Assembly: GCF_013407185.1 (NCBI RefSeq)
Contig: NZ_CP026995.1
Span: forward strand, 340,841 to 372,840
DNA: 32,000 nucleotides
Origin: Nitrosopumilus ureiphilus
Lineage (GTDB): Archaea; Thermoproteota; Nitrososphaeria; Nitrososphaerales; Nitrosopumilaceae
Direction of reading: 5' to 3'
Under the pieces are notes generated by a model. That model searched no databases, was not told where the DNA came from, and saw only the letters and a list, made by a program, of their open reading frames with translations. This document shows, piece by piece, positions 9,760 to 19,102 of the stretch; within the stretch, counting starts at the first letter, position 1; every line of letters starts with the position of its first letter. Both the position numbers and the translations under genes were made by a program.

Positions 9760-10424
9760 AAATTTTTCTTGATACTGCTAATTTAGATTCAATTAAAAAA
9801 TTCAATGACATGGGATTACTCGATGGAATCACCACCAATCCTTCTTTAATGTCAAAGGAGGGTGGAAATCCAAAGGATGCAATGGAGGAAATTACAAAAA
9901 TTATCAAAGGTGATGTGAGTTTAGAAGTTGTAAGTACTGAATATTCAGGAATGATTGAAGAGGGTAAACGACTTCGTGAATACGGAGACAATGTTGTAGT
10001 TAAAGTTCCCATGACTCCTGATGGACTAAAAGCATGTAAGTCACTTTCATCTGAAGGAATTCCTGTTAATGTTACATTGATCTTTTCTGCAAATCAGGCT
10101 TTACTTGCAGCAAAATCTGGTGCAAAATATGTTAGTCCGTTCATTGGAAGATTGGATGATGTTGGTCAAGATGGAATGAATCTAATTAAAGAAATTAAAG
10201 AAATTTTTAAGAATTATCCTAATCTTAAAACTCAGATACTTGTTGCAAGTGTTCGTCATCCAGTACATGTAATCGATGCTGCAAAAATTGGAGCAGATGT
10301 AGTAACTTTACCTCCAGCAGTACTGGATAAGATGTTGCAACATCCATTGACAAAAATTGGTTTGGAAAACTTTCTTGCAGATTGGGAAAAACTCAAAGCT
10401 GGAAATCCTGACATTGAAATCTAA
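9756..10424 (+). CDS. tal: Transaldolase / fructose-6-phosphate aldolase (short type)
   Basis: 222 aa, 'MKIFLDTAN...GITTNPSL...VVVKVP'. The start overlaps the tkt-C stop (ATGA), consistent with an operon. Confidence 0.9.
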   Translation: MKIFLDTANLDSIKKFNDMGLLDGITTNPSLMSKEGGNPKDAMEEITKIIKGDVSLEVVSTEYSGMIEEGKRLREYGDNVVVKVPMTPDGLKACKSLSSEGIPVNVTLIFSANQALLAAKSGAKYVSPFIGRLDDVGQDGMNLIKEIKEIFKNYPNLKTQILVASVRHPVHVIDAAKIGADVVTLPPAVLDKMLQHPLTKIGLENFLADWEKLKAGNPDIEI

Positions 10425-10480
10425 TAAAATTAGATAAAAGCATCTGAGGAAAAATCTAAAAATGAAAAATTGAGGCTTTG

Positions 10481-10753
10481 TTATTCTGAACCTTTGTTTC
10501 TACTCTTTCTTGAACTAGTTCCTCTACCTGTGACTCTAGTTCTTCCTTCTGTTGAAGGTCTTGCTTTTGGATCAGGCATATCTCCTAACTTTCTTGAACC
10601 CGTTCCTCTACCTGTATGAACCATTCTGTTTGCTGCTGCTTTTTTTCTTGCTTCTTGGATTTTCCTGTATTGATCTCCTGACCATTTAGTAGGATCGTCG
10701 TCAACTTCAATGGTTCCTGTGCCTCGCCCAGTTCGTATTCTGATTTTCCCCAT
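10481..10753 (-). CDS. Small basic protein with three 'TGRGTG/S' motifs, unknown function
   Basis: 90-aa Lys/Arg-rich ORF containing 'RTGRGTGT', 'HTGRGTGS' and 'VTGRGTSS'. Confidence 0.5.
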   Translation of the reverse strand: MGKIRIRTGRGTGTIEVDDDPTKWSGDQYRKIQEARKKAAANRMVHTGRGTGSRKLGDMPDPKARPSTEGRTRVTGRGTSSRKSRNKGSE

Positions 10754-10890
10754 AATTTAGTTTAAAACATCTCATATTTATCTAAGCTTCTTTTTTCAGA
10801 CCTGTGCATATTTTTCATTATTGGTTGATATTTTTCTAACAAGTTTCATATATTTTCGAATAAAATATTATGATGCATAGAACATAATTT

Positions 10891-11685
10891 TTGTTGATTA
10901 CGAAAAGAATACTATATTTTATAATTCCGGTATTTGCATTTGTAGTAATTTTGTCTAATGCTTTTTTTGGGCATTTGATCTATAACTCTCCTTATGATCA
11001 GGATATTAACAAATATTCCATCTATGTTCATCTGCAAGACGAATGGAATAGTTATCCTGGAAATATTCTCTTTGATATTACTAATGTTTGGTCCAATTCA
11101 AATCCTCCTCAAAAAAACTATTCTGCAGATCCTTCAGATGTCTCTTCCCTTATACAATACAATTCCAATGAATTACAATCCCAACATGAAAAATCCTATG
11201 TTGAACTAAAACATGAATTTAGTAATTGTGAATCAAGTTGGAAACCTATGCTCTATAGATACGCTATTGACATTCTTCGTAATAAAATTCAATTTGCTCA
11301 AGGAAATCAACTAAATGATGATCCATATATCTCAATTTTACCAAATACGCCACTTGAAAATCAAATAGAAACTGCATCATATGCTCAATTTATCCCTCTT
11401 TGTACTAGTCAAGAATACACATCTTACGAATATTCTGTATCGACTAATGACCAAAATCTTTGGTTTCATGTTTACTTTGTACCTTCTAAAGAACAACTTG
11501 ATAGTTATCTGAATTCTGAAAATTTTGATTATTATCTTGATGAAGGATGCTCTGCAAATTTTTATCAAAGTTTTAGCGGAGTTTGTGAAAATGTTGGAAA
11601 GGATTCTGGTCTTTTAGTAATAATTCCTGATATTTTGAATCAATCTTTGACTAAGGTTAAAGTAAATCTACATGAAAAAATCTGA
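10891..11685 (+). CDS. Hypothetical membrane-anchored or secreted protein
   Basis: 264-aa ORF (TTG start) with an N-terminal hydrophobic helix 'ILYFIIPVFAFVVILSNAFF'. No motif recognised. Confidence 0.45.
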   Translation: MLITKRILYFIIPVFAFVVILSNAFFGHLIYNSPYDQDINKYSIYVHLQDEWNSYPGNILFDITNVWSNSNPPQKNYSADPSDVSSLIQYNSNELQSQHEKSYVELKHEFSNCESSWKPMLYRYAIDILRNKIQFAQGNQLNDDPYISILPNTPLENQIETASYAQFIPLCTSQEYTSYEYSVSTNDQNLWFHVYFVPSKEQLDSYLNSENFDYYLDEGCSANFYQSFSGVCENVGKDSGLLVIIPDILNQSLTKVKVNLHEKI

Positions 11686-11697
11686 AATGATTTAATT

Positions 11698-12735
11698 TTA
11701 GCTACTTATCCAGCCTAACTTTCTAAAATATGCAAACATCAGAATTGCTGGAATTGCTGATGCGAGTATGACTATTATGAATGTTGTAAAAGGACCTAGA
11801 AACATAGGGTTGTCTCCAATTCCACCTGGCAAGTTTACGTTCATTCCATAAAATGTACCAATTACTGTAGCTGGAATCGCTAATGTGAAAATAATCGTTA
11901 ATACTCCTAACACTTTGTTTGTTTTTTCAGTGCTTAAAACAAAGTCTGTATCTTTGTAAATTTCCATAGTTTCTCTTGATTCTTCTAATGTTTCAATTAC
12001 CTTGTCTATGTGATCAATTACATCATCAAAATACAATGTAAGTTCCTCGATCTCTCTGTCTGAATATCTGTCAATATTCTTTGCAATTTCTAATACAAAT
12101 TTCTTTAACGGGTTGGCTATTCTTCTCAATCTGTTGATTTCTCTTCTTAATAATGAAATACTTCTTGCTACGGATTTTCTTTCATCAAATACTCTGTCTT
12201 CCATCTCATCTAGATTTGCAATAATTTTTCTAGATGTATGTAAAAGATCATCTACTAACACATCTATTATTTCATGAAGTAAATGTCCTGGGGACTTTCC
12301 TAAAAGTCTCCTTTTTCTTTCTAGATCTGAATCACTAATACATAACTCCACTAATTCAACTAGTGGATTTAGATCTCCCTGATGTACAGTGATTAGAAAG
12401 TCTTTGCCTACAAAAATGGATAATTGACTGTTTTTAGATATTCCTACTTTTTGTGAAAGTGGTGGAAAATGTAAAATTACAAAGAAATGATTATCATAAC
12501 TGTCTAGTTTTGGAAGTTCAAATTTTGTCAAACAGTCTTCCACATTAAGTGTATTTAGATTGTGATCTTTTGCAATTTGTTCCATATGTCCTCTATCTGG
12601 ATTCTGAAGATCTAGCCAAGTAAATTTTCCTCCTTGGATTTTCTCCATTTTTCTTGCATTGACATCCTCTTCTTGGGGTCTTTTTCCTGTTCGCAATTTT
12701 TTGGTGATGAATCCTTTTTTCAAGTTGAAAAACAC
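11698..12735 (-). CDS. corA: CorA-family magnesium/cobalt transporter
   Basis: 345 aa with the 'YGMNV' (GMN) signature between two C-terminal TM helices and a large soluble N-terminal domain. Confidence 0.9.
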   Translation of the reverse strand: MFFNLKKGFITKKLRTGKRPQEEDVNARKMEKIQGGKFTWLDLQNPDRGHMEQIAKDHNLNTLNVEDCLTKFELPKLDSYDNHFFVILHFPPLSQKVGISKNSQLSIFVGKDFLITVHQGDLNPLVELVELCISDSDLERKRRLLGKSPGHLLHEIIDVLVDDLLHTSRKIIANLDEMEDRVFDERKSVARSISLLRREINRLRRIANPLKKFVLEIAKNIDRYSDREIEELTLYFDDVIDHIDKVIETLEESRETMEIYKDTDFVLSTEKTNKVLGVLTIIFTLAIPATVIGTFYGMNVNLPGGIGDNPMFLGPFTTFIIVILASAIPAILMFAYFRKLGWISS

Positions 12736-12993
12736 CCTAATACAACAAATTTAAAGCGATCGGCTTTATTTTGTTGAAAAACTAACACTTGGCTGCAAAC
12801 AAGAAATGTTTTAAAATTGAGCCTCTACTTGAATGGAAGTAAATAGTTCATTCCAACCCATGTTAATCCAATTGCTATTGCCATTGCGACCCACCATAAT
12901 CTCATACTACAAATTTTACCTAGTCAATAATAAATCTACAGTCTAATTACCAGCTAAAAGATTATTACAGGATAAACAAAGTTTCTTCCTTGT

Positions 12994-13066
12994 GGCCTTC
13001 GTAGTACAGTGGTTAGTATAGAGGATTGTGGATCCTCGGACAGGAGTTCGATTCCCCTCGAGGGCC
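12994..13066 (+). tRNA. tRNA-His (anticodon GTG) with encoded G-1
   Basis: Hand-folded cloverleaf. Acceptor GCCTTCG/CGAGGGC, D-arm GTAC-AGTGGTTA-GTAT, anticodon arm GAGGA-TTGTGGA-TCCTC, T-arm AGGAG-TTCGATT-CCCCT with one A-C mismatch. An extra 5' G pairs with discriminator C, which is the His identity feature. Confidence 0.85.
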
Positions 13067-13103
13067 TACATCATTAACCTTAATTCCCCCAAGAGGTTAT
13101 GAT

Positions 13104-14468
13104 ATGGCCAGATTGAAACAAAACGCCGGCCCATCTATGGATCTTTACAAGCTTGACAGGCAGTTGGATCGGATCTGGGGCCAGATAAGATCAGAACTAT
13201 CAAAACAAGACACCAAGCTGTTAGATGATTATGATACTGAGATGGTAAATGTCGGATTGGGCAAGGCAACAAGGCTCAAGCATTTGAAGGTACTTCTCTC
13301 ATTATCAAGACGAACCATCAAAAACTGGAACAAGATGACCGTAAATGACATCTCAAGTCTTGTCAAGAAAATAATGGATACGTACGGCGATGCAAACGGA
13401 GCTGAAACTGAATCATCACGAGACTTTAAGAAAGTTCTAAAGATATTTTTTAGGTGGCACAAGCTTGGCTCACGCGAATACAAAGAAGTTGGCGACCCTC
13501 CAGAGACTGCACGGATTCGATTAAAAAAACCAAAAGACAAGATTGCAAGAGAAAACCTGCTAGATGAAGATGACAGGACAAGACTTCTTCATGCATGCGG
13601 CGAGAACCTGCGAGACAAGGCATTTATCGATGTCCACTCTGAAGCCGGTACAAGGCCTGGCGAGATTCTTTCATTACGTCTTGGACATGTAAAGTTTGAT
13701 GAGTATGGAGCAATAATTCATGTGGATGGCAAGACCGGAGCAAGACCCATACGACTGGTAACGTCAACGCCAAATCTTTCTGCTTGGATAAATTCTCATC
13801 CACTAAGAGATGATCCTGAAGCTCCCTTGTGGATTTTATTGGACAAGGATAACTATGGTAATCCCATGACATATCCTGCAGCTACTGAAATGATCTCAAG
13901 ACGATGCAAAATAGCTCACATTACAAAAAGGGTCAACCTCAAACTGTTTCGACATTCTGAGGCCACTGCCACTGCAAAGTTTTTGACAGAATCAGAGATG
14001 AGAAAAAGACACGGATGGACAAACAGCTCCAACATGACCTCAAAGTATGTTCATTTAGTAGACTCTGATGTAGAGGAGAAGATCCTGTCACATTACGGTA
14101 TAATTAAAAAAGATGATGACCAAAACGACCTGCCAAAAACCTGTCATATTTGTGAGACCCGCAACTCTTCTCACTCTGTGACATGCTCAAAATGTGGAAG
14201 GCCATTGAACCTCAAAACCGCACTAGAACTTGATGTACGGGAACAAAAGATTGATGAAAAACTTGAATCATTGTCAAAGACAGTTGAGGAAAACAAACTA
14301 GTGATGATGCATTTTTCCAAGTTATTTGCATCTTCTCCTCCCAAGTTTCCAAACAATGATGAAGGCTATCTTATATCCCAGGTTTTAAAATTCATGGGTT
14401 ACGAAGAGATACACAAAAAAGCTGAAGAAAAACTGGCAACACTATACCCATACCCATACCCATCATAA
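13104..14468 (+). CDS. Tyrosine recombinase / integrase with C-terminal zinc ribbon
   Basis: Catalytic-region motifs 'AGTRPGEILSLRL' (Arg I), 'LFRHSEATATA' (H-x-x-R region) and 'SKYVHL' (Tyr). C-terminal 'CHICETRNSSHSVTCSKCG' forms a CxxC...CxxC ribbon. Start is placed at ATG 13104. The track ORF from 13026 reads through the tRNA. Confidence 0.85.
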   Translation: MARLKQNAGPSMDLYKLDRQLDRIWGQIRSELSKQDTKLLDDYDTEMVNVGLGKATRLKHLKVLLSLSRRTIKNWNKMTVNDISSLVKKIMDTYGDANGAETESSRDFKKVLKIFFRWHKLGSREYKEVGDPPETARIRLKKPKDKIARENLLDEDDRTRLLHACGENLRDKAFIDVHSEAGTRPGEILSLRLGHVKFDEYGAIIHVDGKTGARPIRLVTSTPNLSAWINSHPLRDDPEAPLWILLDKDNYGNPMTYPAATEMISRRCKIAHITKRVNLKLFRHSEATATAKFLTESEMRKRHGWTNSSNMTSKYVHLVDSDVEEKILSHYGIIKKDDDQNDLPKTCHICETRNSSHSVTCSKCGRPLNLKTALELDVREQKIDEKLESLSKTVEENKLVMMHFSKLFASSPPKFPNNDEGYLISQVLKFMGYEEIHKKAEEKLATLYPYPYPS

Positions 14469-14550
14469 AGTTATTTCCATAAACTACATGCAAAATCCAA
14501 ACAGATGAATCAAAAATTACCTTTAATGGATCTTTTTTGCGGATTGGGAG

Positions 14551-14634
14551 CAAAAGACTTTATCGATAATCAGTAAAAACAGTATCCCCCCGTTTTATTC
14601 GTAAATTTATGACGCTTTGTCGTAATGCTTAAGA
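14551..14634 (+). repeat. Left copy of ~84-nt direct repeat (palindrome TTATCGATAA at 14560-14569; hairpin TTATGAC-GCTTT-GTCGTAA at 14607-14625)
   Basis: Aligns by eye with 30082-30164 at roughly 85% identity. Two blocks are perfectly conserved: 'TTATCGATAATCAGTAAAAA' and 'TTTATGACGCTTTGTCGTAATG'. Confidence 0.8.
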
Positions 14635-14657
14635 AAATAAGATCATGAGAAAACAGT

Positions 14658-15002
14658 ATGACTAAATCAATCTTTGATTATATCTCTACAATCTCATTAA
14701 TCTTTTTACTATCAGGAGTGGGTATTTTAATGACTTTTTATGTTATACATGTTTTTTTTGAATGGCAATTTACTGATGGCAAAGATATTTTCAATTGGGT
14801 GGGATTAGTAGTTGAAATTGGCATAGCATTAGGAATTATTATTGCAGTGTGGTATTATACAAGAAATGAACAAACAAAAACCAAAAATTTAATTTCAAAT
14901 ATTCATGAAATTACAGAAAAACTAGACCGTGTGATTGCAGAACAAAACAAATTACAAAGTTCACGGAAACAATTCCTTCATGAATCATGTTTGGTAATTT
15001 AA
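14658..15002 (+). CDS. Hypothetical two-TM membrane protein with coiled-coil tail
   Basis: 114-aa ORF with two hydrophobic helices. It overlaps the next ORF by 16 nt. Confidence 0.45.
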   Translation: MTKSIFDYISTISLIFLLSGVGILMTFYVIHVFFEWQFTDGKDIFNWVGLVVEIGIALGIIIAVWYYTRNEQTKTKNLISNIHEITEKLDRVIAEQNKLQSSRKQFLHESCLVI

Positions 15003-15340
15003 TTAGTATTTTAAATTCGGCATATAATATTAGTCAAAATAAACCGATTCGTACTATTACTTGGCCTAATGGTAAGAAAGCAATCGAGTTAGATGAGTAT
15101 CAATCCCTTCATAACATGGCAGATGTTTTGAATGAAAGAATTTCACAATTTGGAAAATTAATGGAACCTGAACTATATGCTTCTGTAAGTACTGTACGTA
15201 ATTTACTCAAAGAAAGGAATATGGGTAAAGAAAATATGGATTTCATTATTCAGCAATCAAAAAGAAGTATTAATGCCATAGACACATCATTGTTTTCAAA
15301 AGATCACATTATTGGAACTGAGATTTTAGAAAAAGTTTGA
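14987..15340 (+). CDS. Hypothetical protein
   Basis: 117-aa ORF. Its stop overlaps the Cas1 TTG start (TTGA), suggesting co-transcription with cas1. Confidence 0.4.
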   Translation: MFGNLISILNSAYNISQNKPIRTITWPNGKKAIELDEYQSLHNMADVLNERISQFGKLMEPELYASVSTVRNLLKERNMGKENMDFIIQQSKRSINAIDTSLFSKDHIIGTEILEKV

Positions 15341-16376
15341 CAATCCAAGGAAAAAATAATCATTACAACATAAAACTACGAGGTTATGGTCATTCTATTT
15401 CTGTAAAAAATTCAAAATTAATTCTAAAGAATGGCAGACAGGACATTACTGGTGAACAAGAATCCGAATCATGGTTTGTCAAAAACATGCCATATGAAAA
15501 AATAATTCTATCAGGTAAAGGGTATGTATCCACAGAAGCATTATCACTACTTTCTCAAAATAATCGAAATGTAATTCTAGTTGACACTTATGGTAAACCT
15601 GTGACTTATTGCAACTCTATGATGGATTCTCTAACTGGAACAAAATATAGAATTGCACAATACGATACGTTTAGAGACCCTGAAAAATGTGAGTATCTGA
15701 CGAAGCAAATTCTAACAGCAAAAAAAGAATCACAACTAAAGTTATTACGATTAATTGGTAGTGACATTACCTCTCTACCTGAAAAAGAAAACTCTGCAGG
15801 ACGAGTCTATTTCAAAGAATTTGGTAAATTCATTCCTGAAAGGTACGGGTTTAATTCCAGAAATAATCATTCATACGTAATTCCAAGAACAATGCAACTG
15901 ATATCATCAATGCTTTGTTAAATTATGGGTATTCCGTTCTAGCAGGGGAAATTTCAAAATTTGTTTGTGGGTTTGGATTAGACCCTTACTTTGGATTCAT
16001 GCATAAATCTCATACGGGATTTCAACCACTAGTTTATGATATAATAGAACCATTTAGATGGATGGTGGATTATACGGTATTCCAAATAGCAAATAATTCA
16101 AGCAAAAGACACAGAATCAAACTCAAAGAATTTGTCCATACAAGAGAAGGAAATGTTGTGATGGATGGTTCTTTGATAAGACGATTTTTAGAAATATTGG
16201 ATAGGCAGATTCGGCAAGAAAGAAAGTATGATTTTAGGCACGGAAAGAAAACTGAAGATGGATTGAAATCGGTTCAAGAGATTACAATTGTGAAGATTAT
16301 GATTCAGAGATTGGCTGAATTTTGTTTAAACAATTCCACTCACTCACAAATTTACACTAGTGTGTTCTCCTCTTGA
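15337..16376 (+). pseudogene. cas1: Cas1-family integrase (casposase-like, Cas1-solo), interrupted by a frameshift near 15867-15921
   Basis: The N-terminal ORF (15337-15921) has a Cas1-like beta-rich N-domain and 'ENSAGRVYFKEF'. The Cas1 hallmark 'NATDIINALLNYGYSVL' and 'GFMHKSHTGFQPLVYDIIEPFR' lie in the -1 frame, continuing as ORF 15915-16376. Confidence 0.85.
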
Positions 16377-17837
16377 TTTCATCATATGATGTAATAAATC
16401 GCCACTAGACCACTGGAGTAATTTTTCATCATGTTCATATTTTTTTAATGTAGATAATTTTTCATTTTTATATTCTTCTTTATCTACTTTGAAAATTTTG
16501 ATATCGTCTGTATCTGATGACCTATATTCTGTGAATAAATGTCCACTTCTCCTCCAATTAGGTTTCGGATCATCTAATGAATATCTCACTAAAACAGATA
16601 CTGGAGATAACCATTTTTGTACATACTTATCTTCAATGTTAAATTTTTTGATCAGATATCGTTTAGACTCAATTTCTTCTTTAACCCACGTTCTAATTTC
16701 TTCATCGGTAAGATTACTTGCGTCAAACATTGGACAATGTGCTTTTTTATTAAATTCATTTATTATCCTTTCAACATTTTGTAATGCAGAATAAAATGGA
16801 TGTTTTAATGTTGACAAAATATTTTTACTCCAACTAAAAGATGTTCGTAAAAGGTTGTATCGTTCTGGAAGATTCTTTATTTCGTTATACAAGTTTTCAA
16901 TCATTGGAATTTTATCCATAATTCTAATCTCAACTTTATCTTTATCTTCTGACAAATACTGTGCTGTTAATATCATATCTAATTTACGGTTGATTAAAAT
17001 CAGATAATGTTTAGGTTTATTCCAAGTTGAATCAGCTAACTCTATTCTTGGAATTTGTTTTAAAATTTCATGATTAGCATCAATATAATCTTCATACCAT
17101 TTTTGTAACAATTGTTTAGAATCGTCAACGGATTGTGTAGACTCAGGTATTGTTTTCTTTTTTATAGATTCTTTCAGATTACTGGCTTCAGTAAAAAGTG
17201 GGAAAAGTGGTATCGGTGCTATTGGAATACGTTCTAAAACACTTATGCAAATCCCAATGTTTTGTAACTCTTTTTGAATATTTTTTAAATAATCATAAAT
17301 TTTATCAGAATTATCAGTTACTTCCATAATGCATGAATATACATTATCTTCAATCCATGTTTTGATGAAGAATCCTTTTGGTGTATACATTCCTTTGGAG
17401 AGGGAGGTGAAAGAATCATCATAATTTGTGTATGTGCCTCTAGGCGATCCACTTTGTGGAATCAAGATATCATAGAAAAATATGGATTCTAATGGCAAAT
17501 GTATGTTAAGATACACATGATTTATCAAATATGATGACAGATTATCATGTTCAGAAGGAATTGTAAATTCTACATCTCCCTCAATTAAATTATTTTGTAT
17601 TAGAATGTCTAGATGGTTTGTTATTGTGTCATTATGTATTTTAATTTCTTCAACGGTTAATGGTTGGGGTTGTTTACCAAAACTATTTTTAGAATCCAAC
17701 AATAAGATCGACGTTAAGAATTTTTGAGACACTTTGGTTTTATTGAAAGATTTTTGAATGCTATTAATAGCTGAAAGAGTTTTCCAAACATCTCTCTCAA
17801 AATCCAGATGATCGTATTTTGGTATGCCTATTTTCAT
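16344..17837 (-). CDS. Hypothetical 497-aa protein, possible N-terminal winged-helix domain, otherwise unrecognised
   Basis: Uninterrupted ORF. Its start overlaps the HD gene stop (ATGA at 17834-17837). Its 3' end overlaps the convergent cas1 3' end by 33 nt. 'LTVEEIKIHNDTITNHLDILIQNNLIEGD' looks wHTH-like. Confidence 0.55.
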   Translation of the reverse strand: MKIGIPKYDHLDFERDVWKTLSAINSIQKSFNKTKVSQKFLTSILLLDSKNSFGKQPQPLTVEEIKIHNDTITNHLDILIQNNLIEGDVEFTIPSEHDNLSSYLINHVYLNIHLPLESIFFYDILIPQSGSPRGTYTNYDDSFTSLSKGMYTPKGFFIKTWIEDNVYSCIMEVTDNSDKIYDYLKNIQKELQNIGICISVLERIPIAPIPLFPLFTEASNLKESIKKKTIPESTQSVDDSKQLLQKWYEDYIDANHEILKQIPRIELADSTWNKPKHYLILINRKLDMILTAQYLSEDKDKVEIRIMDKIPMIENLYNEIKNLPERYNLLRTSFSWSKNILSTLKHPFYSALQNVERIINEFNKKAHCPMFDASNLTDEEIRTWVKEEIESKRYLIKKFNIEDKYVQKWLSPVSVLVRYSLDDPKPNWRRSGHLFTEYRSSDTDDIKIFKVDKEEYKNEKLSTLKKYEHDEKLLQWSSGDLLHHMMKSRGEHTSVNL

Positions 17838-19102
17838 TTTTTTATCACCCTCACACTTGTAGGATCAACCTTAACATCTATCAGTAGAGGATTACAAATT
17901 TTCTTGATAGATTCTTCCAATGTTTCTGAACTAGTAACATTATATTGTATTGGAAGTGGGATTGTAATTCTACCTCCTTTGTTTAGAATAATTTCAATAT
18001 ACACTTTCAATTCCCCAGTATGTACTTTAAATAATTCCGATAGTTCTAGTAATGTTTTTGAATCTAGATGATCTTCATCACATTCTATTCTTACTATTCC
18101 TGATGGTTCTATATCTGATTTAATGTACATTCCAGATGCATAGTCTTTTAGTTGTACGTGTGAAAATGGCATTCTATAATCATCAAAAATGGATTTTACT
18201 GACTGTAATTCATTTTTTATTTCCTCTTGTACCCAATGAACAAGTTTGTATTGTTCTATCAATTCTTCCAATCTCTGTCCAAACGTTGTAACAATATCAA
18301 TAGAAGCGTATGTACGATTAAATTCTACTGCATTAACGAATGTATGTTTTTCCCAATGCTCTCGTGATTTTTCAGGAATAACATCATCAAATAATTCAAA
18401 TATTGTTTCTGGTGCTCGTCTATGATCAATATCTAATGAATCTGCTATTCTCAATATCGCAGATAATAAACGAGATTTTATACCTTCTCCATTTAATGAA
18501 CTCTCTTTTGCAATACTTTCTAAATCAATTTTCCTACTATGTCCTGCACAAATACTGACCAGAAGGGTTTCTTCAGAATTATCCATTTTACTAATTTGAC
18601 CTTTTTCTACTAGTTTTTCAATTACGTCTTTAACTCGTGCATGGTGATGGTTTCTGGCATCTTCTGGAGATTCATCTTCTTTTCTTCCCAACCACAATCC
18701 AATGTCATGAAACCAAATGGATAAAAGTGCAAGATAAATTTCACAACAGGATAGTTCTATTCCAGATTCTTCAATCATTTTTGAATAATTATTTTCAATT
18801 CTTTCAAAATGTTCTTTACCATGATCATTATAATATGCCCCCTGTACATTTAGAACGCTTTTTTCAAATGGTATTTGACTTGTCACAACTTTTTCAAGTA
18901 CTTCTTTTATCACTTCGAATTTAGAGTATTTGCAAACAGAACTGTCTCCGCAATCTTTTAGTTTTTTTTCTAATGGATGTGCCATACCCAACAAACAAAA
19001 TCCTATTTTGATACTATAAGACTTTTCATAACTTACTTTCATGAAAATGTTCATTTTCGTCATATCTATTCCAAATAACATTATTTTTTGAGATAATATC
19101 AC
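17834..19102 (-). CDS. HD-domain metal-dependent phosphohydrolase/nuclease-like protein with unknown C-terminal domain
   Basis: HD-superfamily residues in order: 'HGKEHFERI', 'WFHDIGLW', 'AGHSRK', 'RIADSLDIDH'. The start is uncertain: several in-frame Met codons lie between 19102 and 18985, and the longest form overlaps the PolB 3' end by 77 nt. Confidence 0.75.
   Translation of the reverse strand: MILSQKIMLFGIDMTKMNIFMKVSYEKSYSIKIGFCLLGMAHPLEKKLKDCGDSSVCKYSKFEVIKEVLEKVVTSQIPFEKSVLNVQGAYYNDHGKEHFERIENNYSKMIEESGIELSCCEIYLALLSIWFHDIGLWLGRKEDESPEDARNHHHARVKDVIEKLVEKGQISKMDNSEETLLVSICAGHSRKIDLESIAKESSLNGEGIKSRLLSAILRIADSLDIDHRRAPETIFELFDDVIPEKSREHWEKHTFVNAVEFNRTYASIDIVTTFGQRLEELIEQYKLVHWVQEEIKNELQSVKSIFDDYRMPFSHVQLKDYASGMYIKSDIEPSGIVRIECDEDHLDSKTLLELSELFKVHTGELKVYIEIILNKGGRITIPLPIQYNVTSSETLEESIKKICNPLLIDVKVDPTSVRVIKK

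Noticed and set aside
13026-13103. The ORF-track integrase start at 13026 (TTG) gives an N-terminus 'MWILGQEFDSPRGP...'.
   Set aside because: These codons lie inside the tRNA-His gene (anticodon arm to 3' end) and the spacer. The ATG at 13104 is the sensible start.
14469-14660. Searched the left flank of the cas1 block and the regions 20529-20640, 22447-23170 and 30165-30320 for casposon terminal inverted repeats.
   Set aside because: No convincing inverted match was seen by eye; the best was an 8-mer, 'GATTGGGA'. This needs a computational inverted-repeat search, so no TIR is claimed.
14987-15002. The 16-nt overlap between ORFs 14658-15002 and 14987-15340 could mean a single gene split by a frameshift.
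   Set aside because: Both ORFs have their own start and stop, and I have no homologue to compare. It cannot be decided from sequence alone, so they are left as two ORFs.
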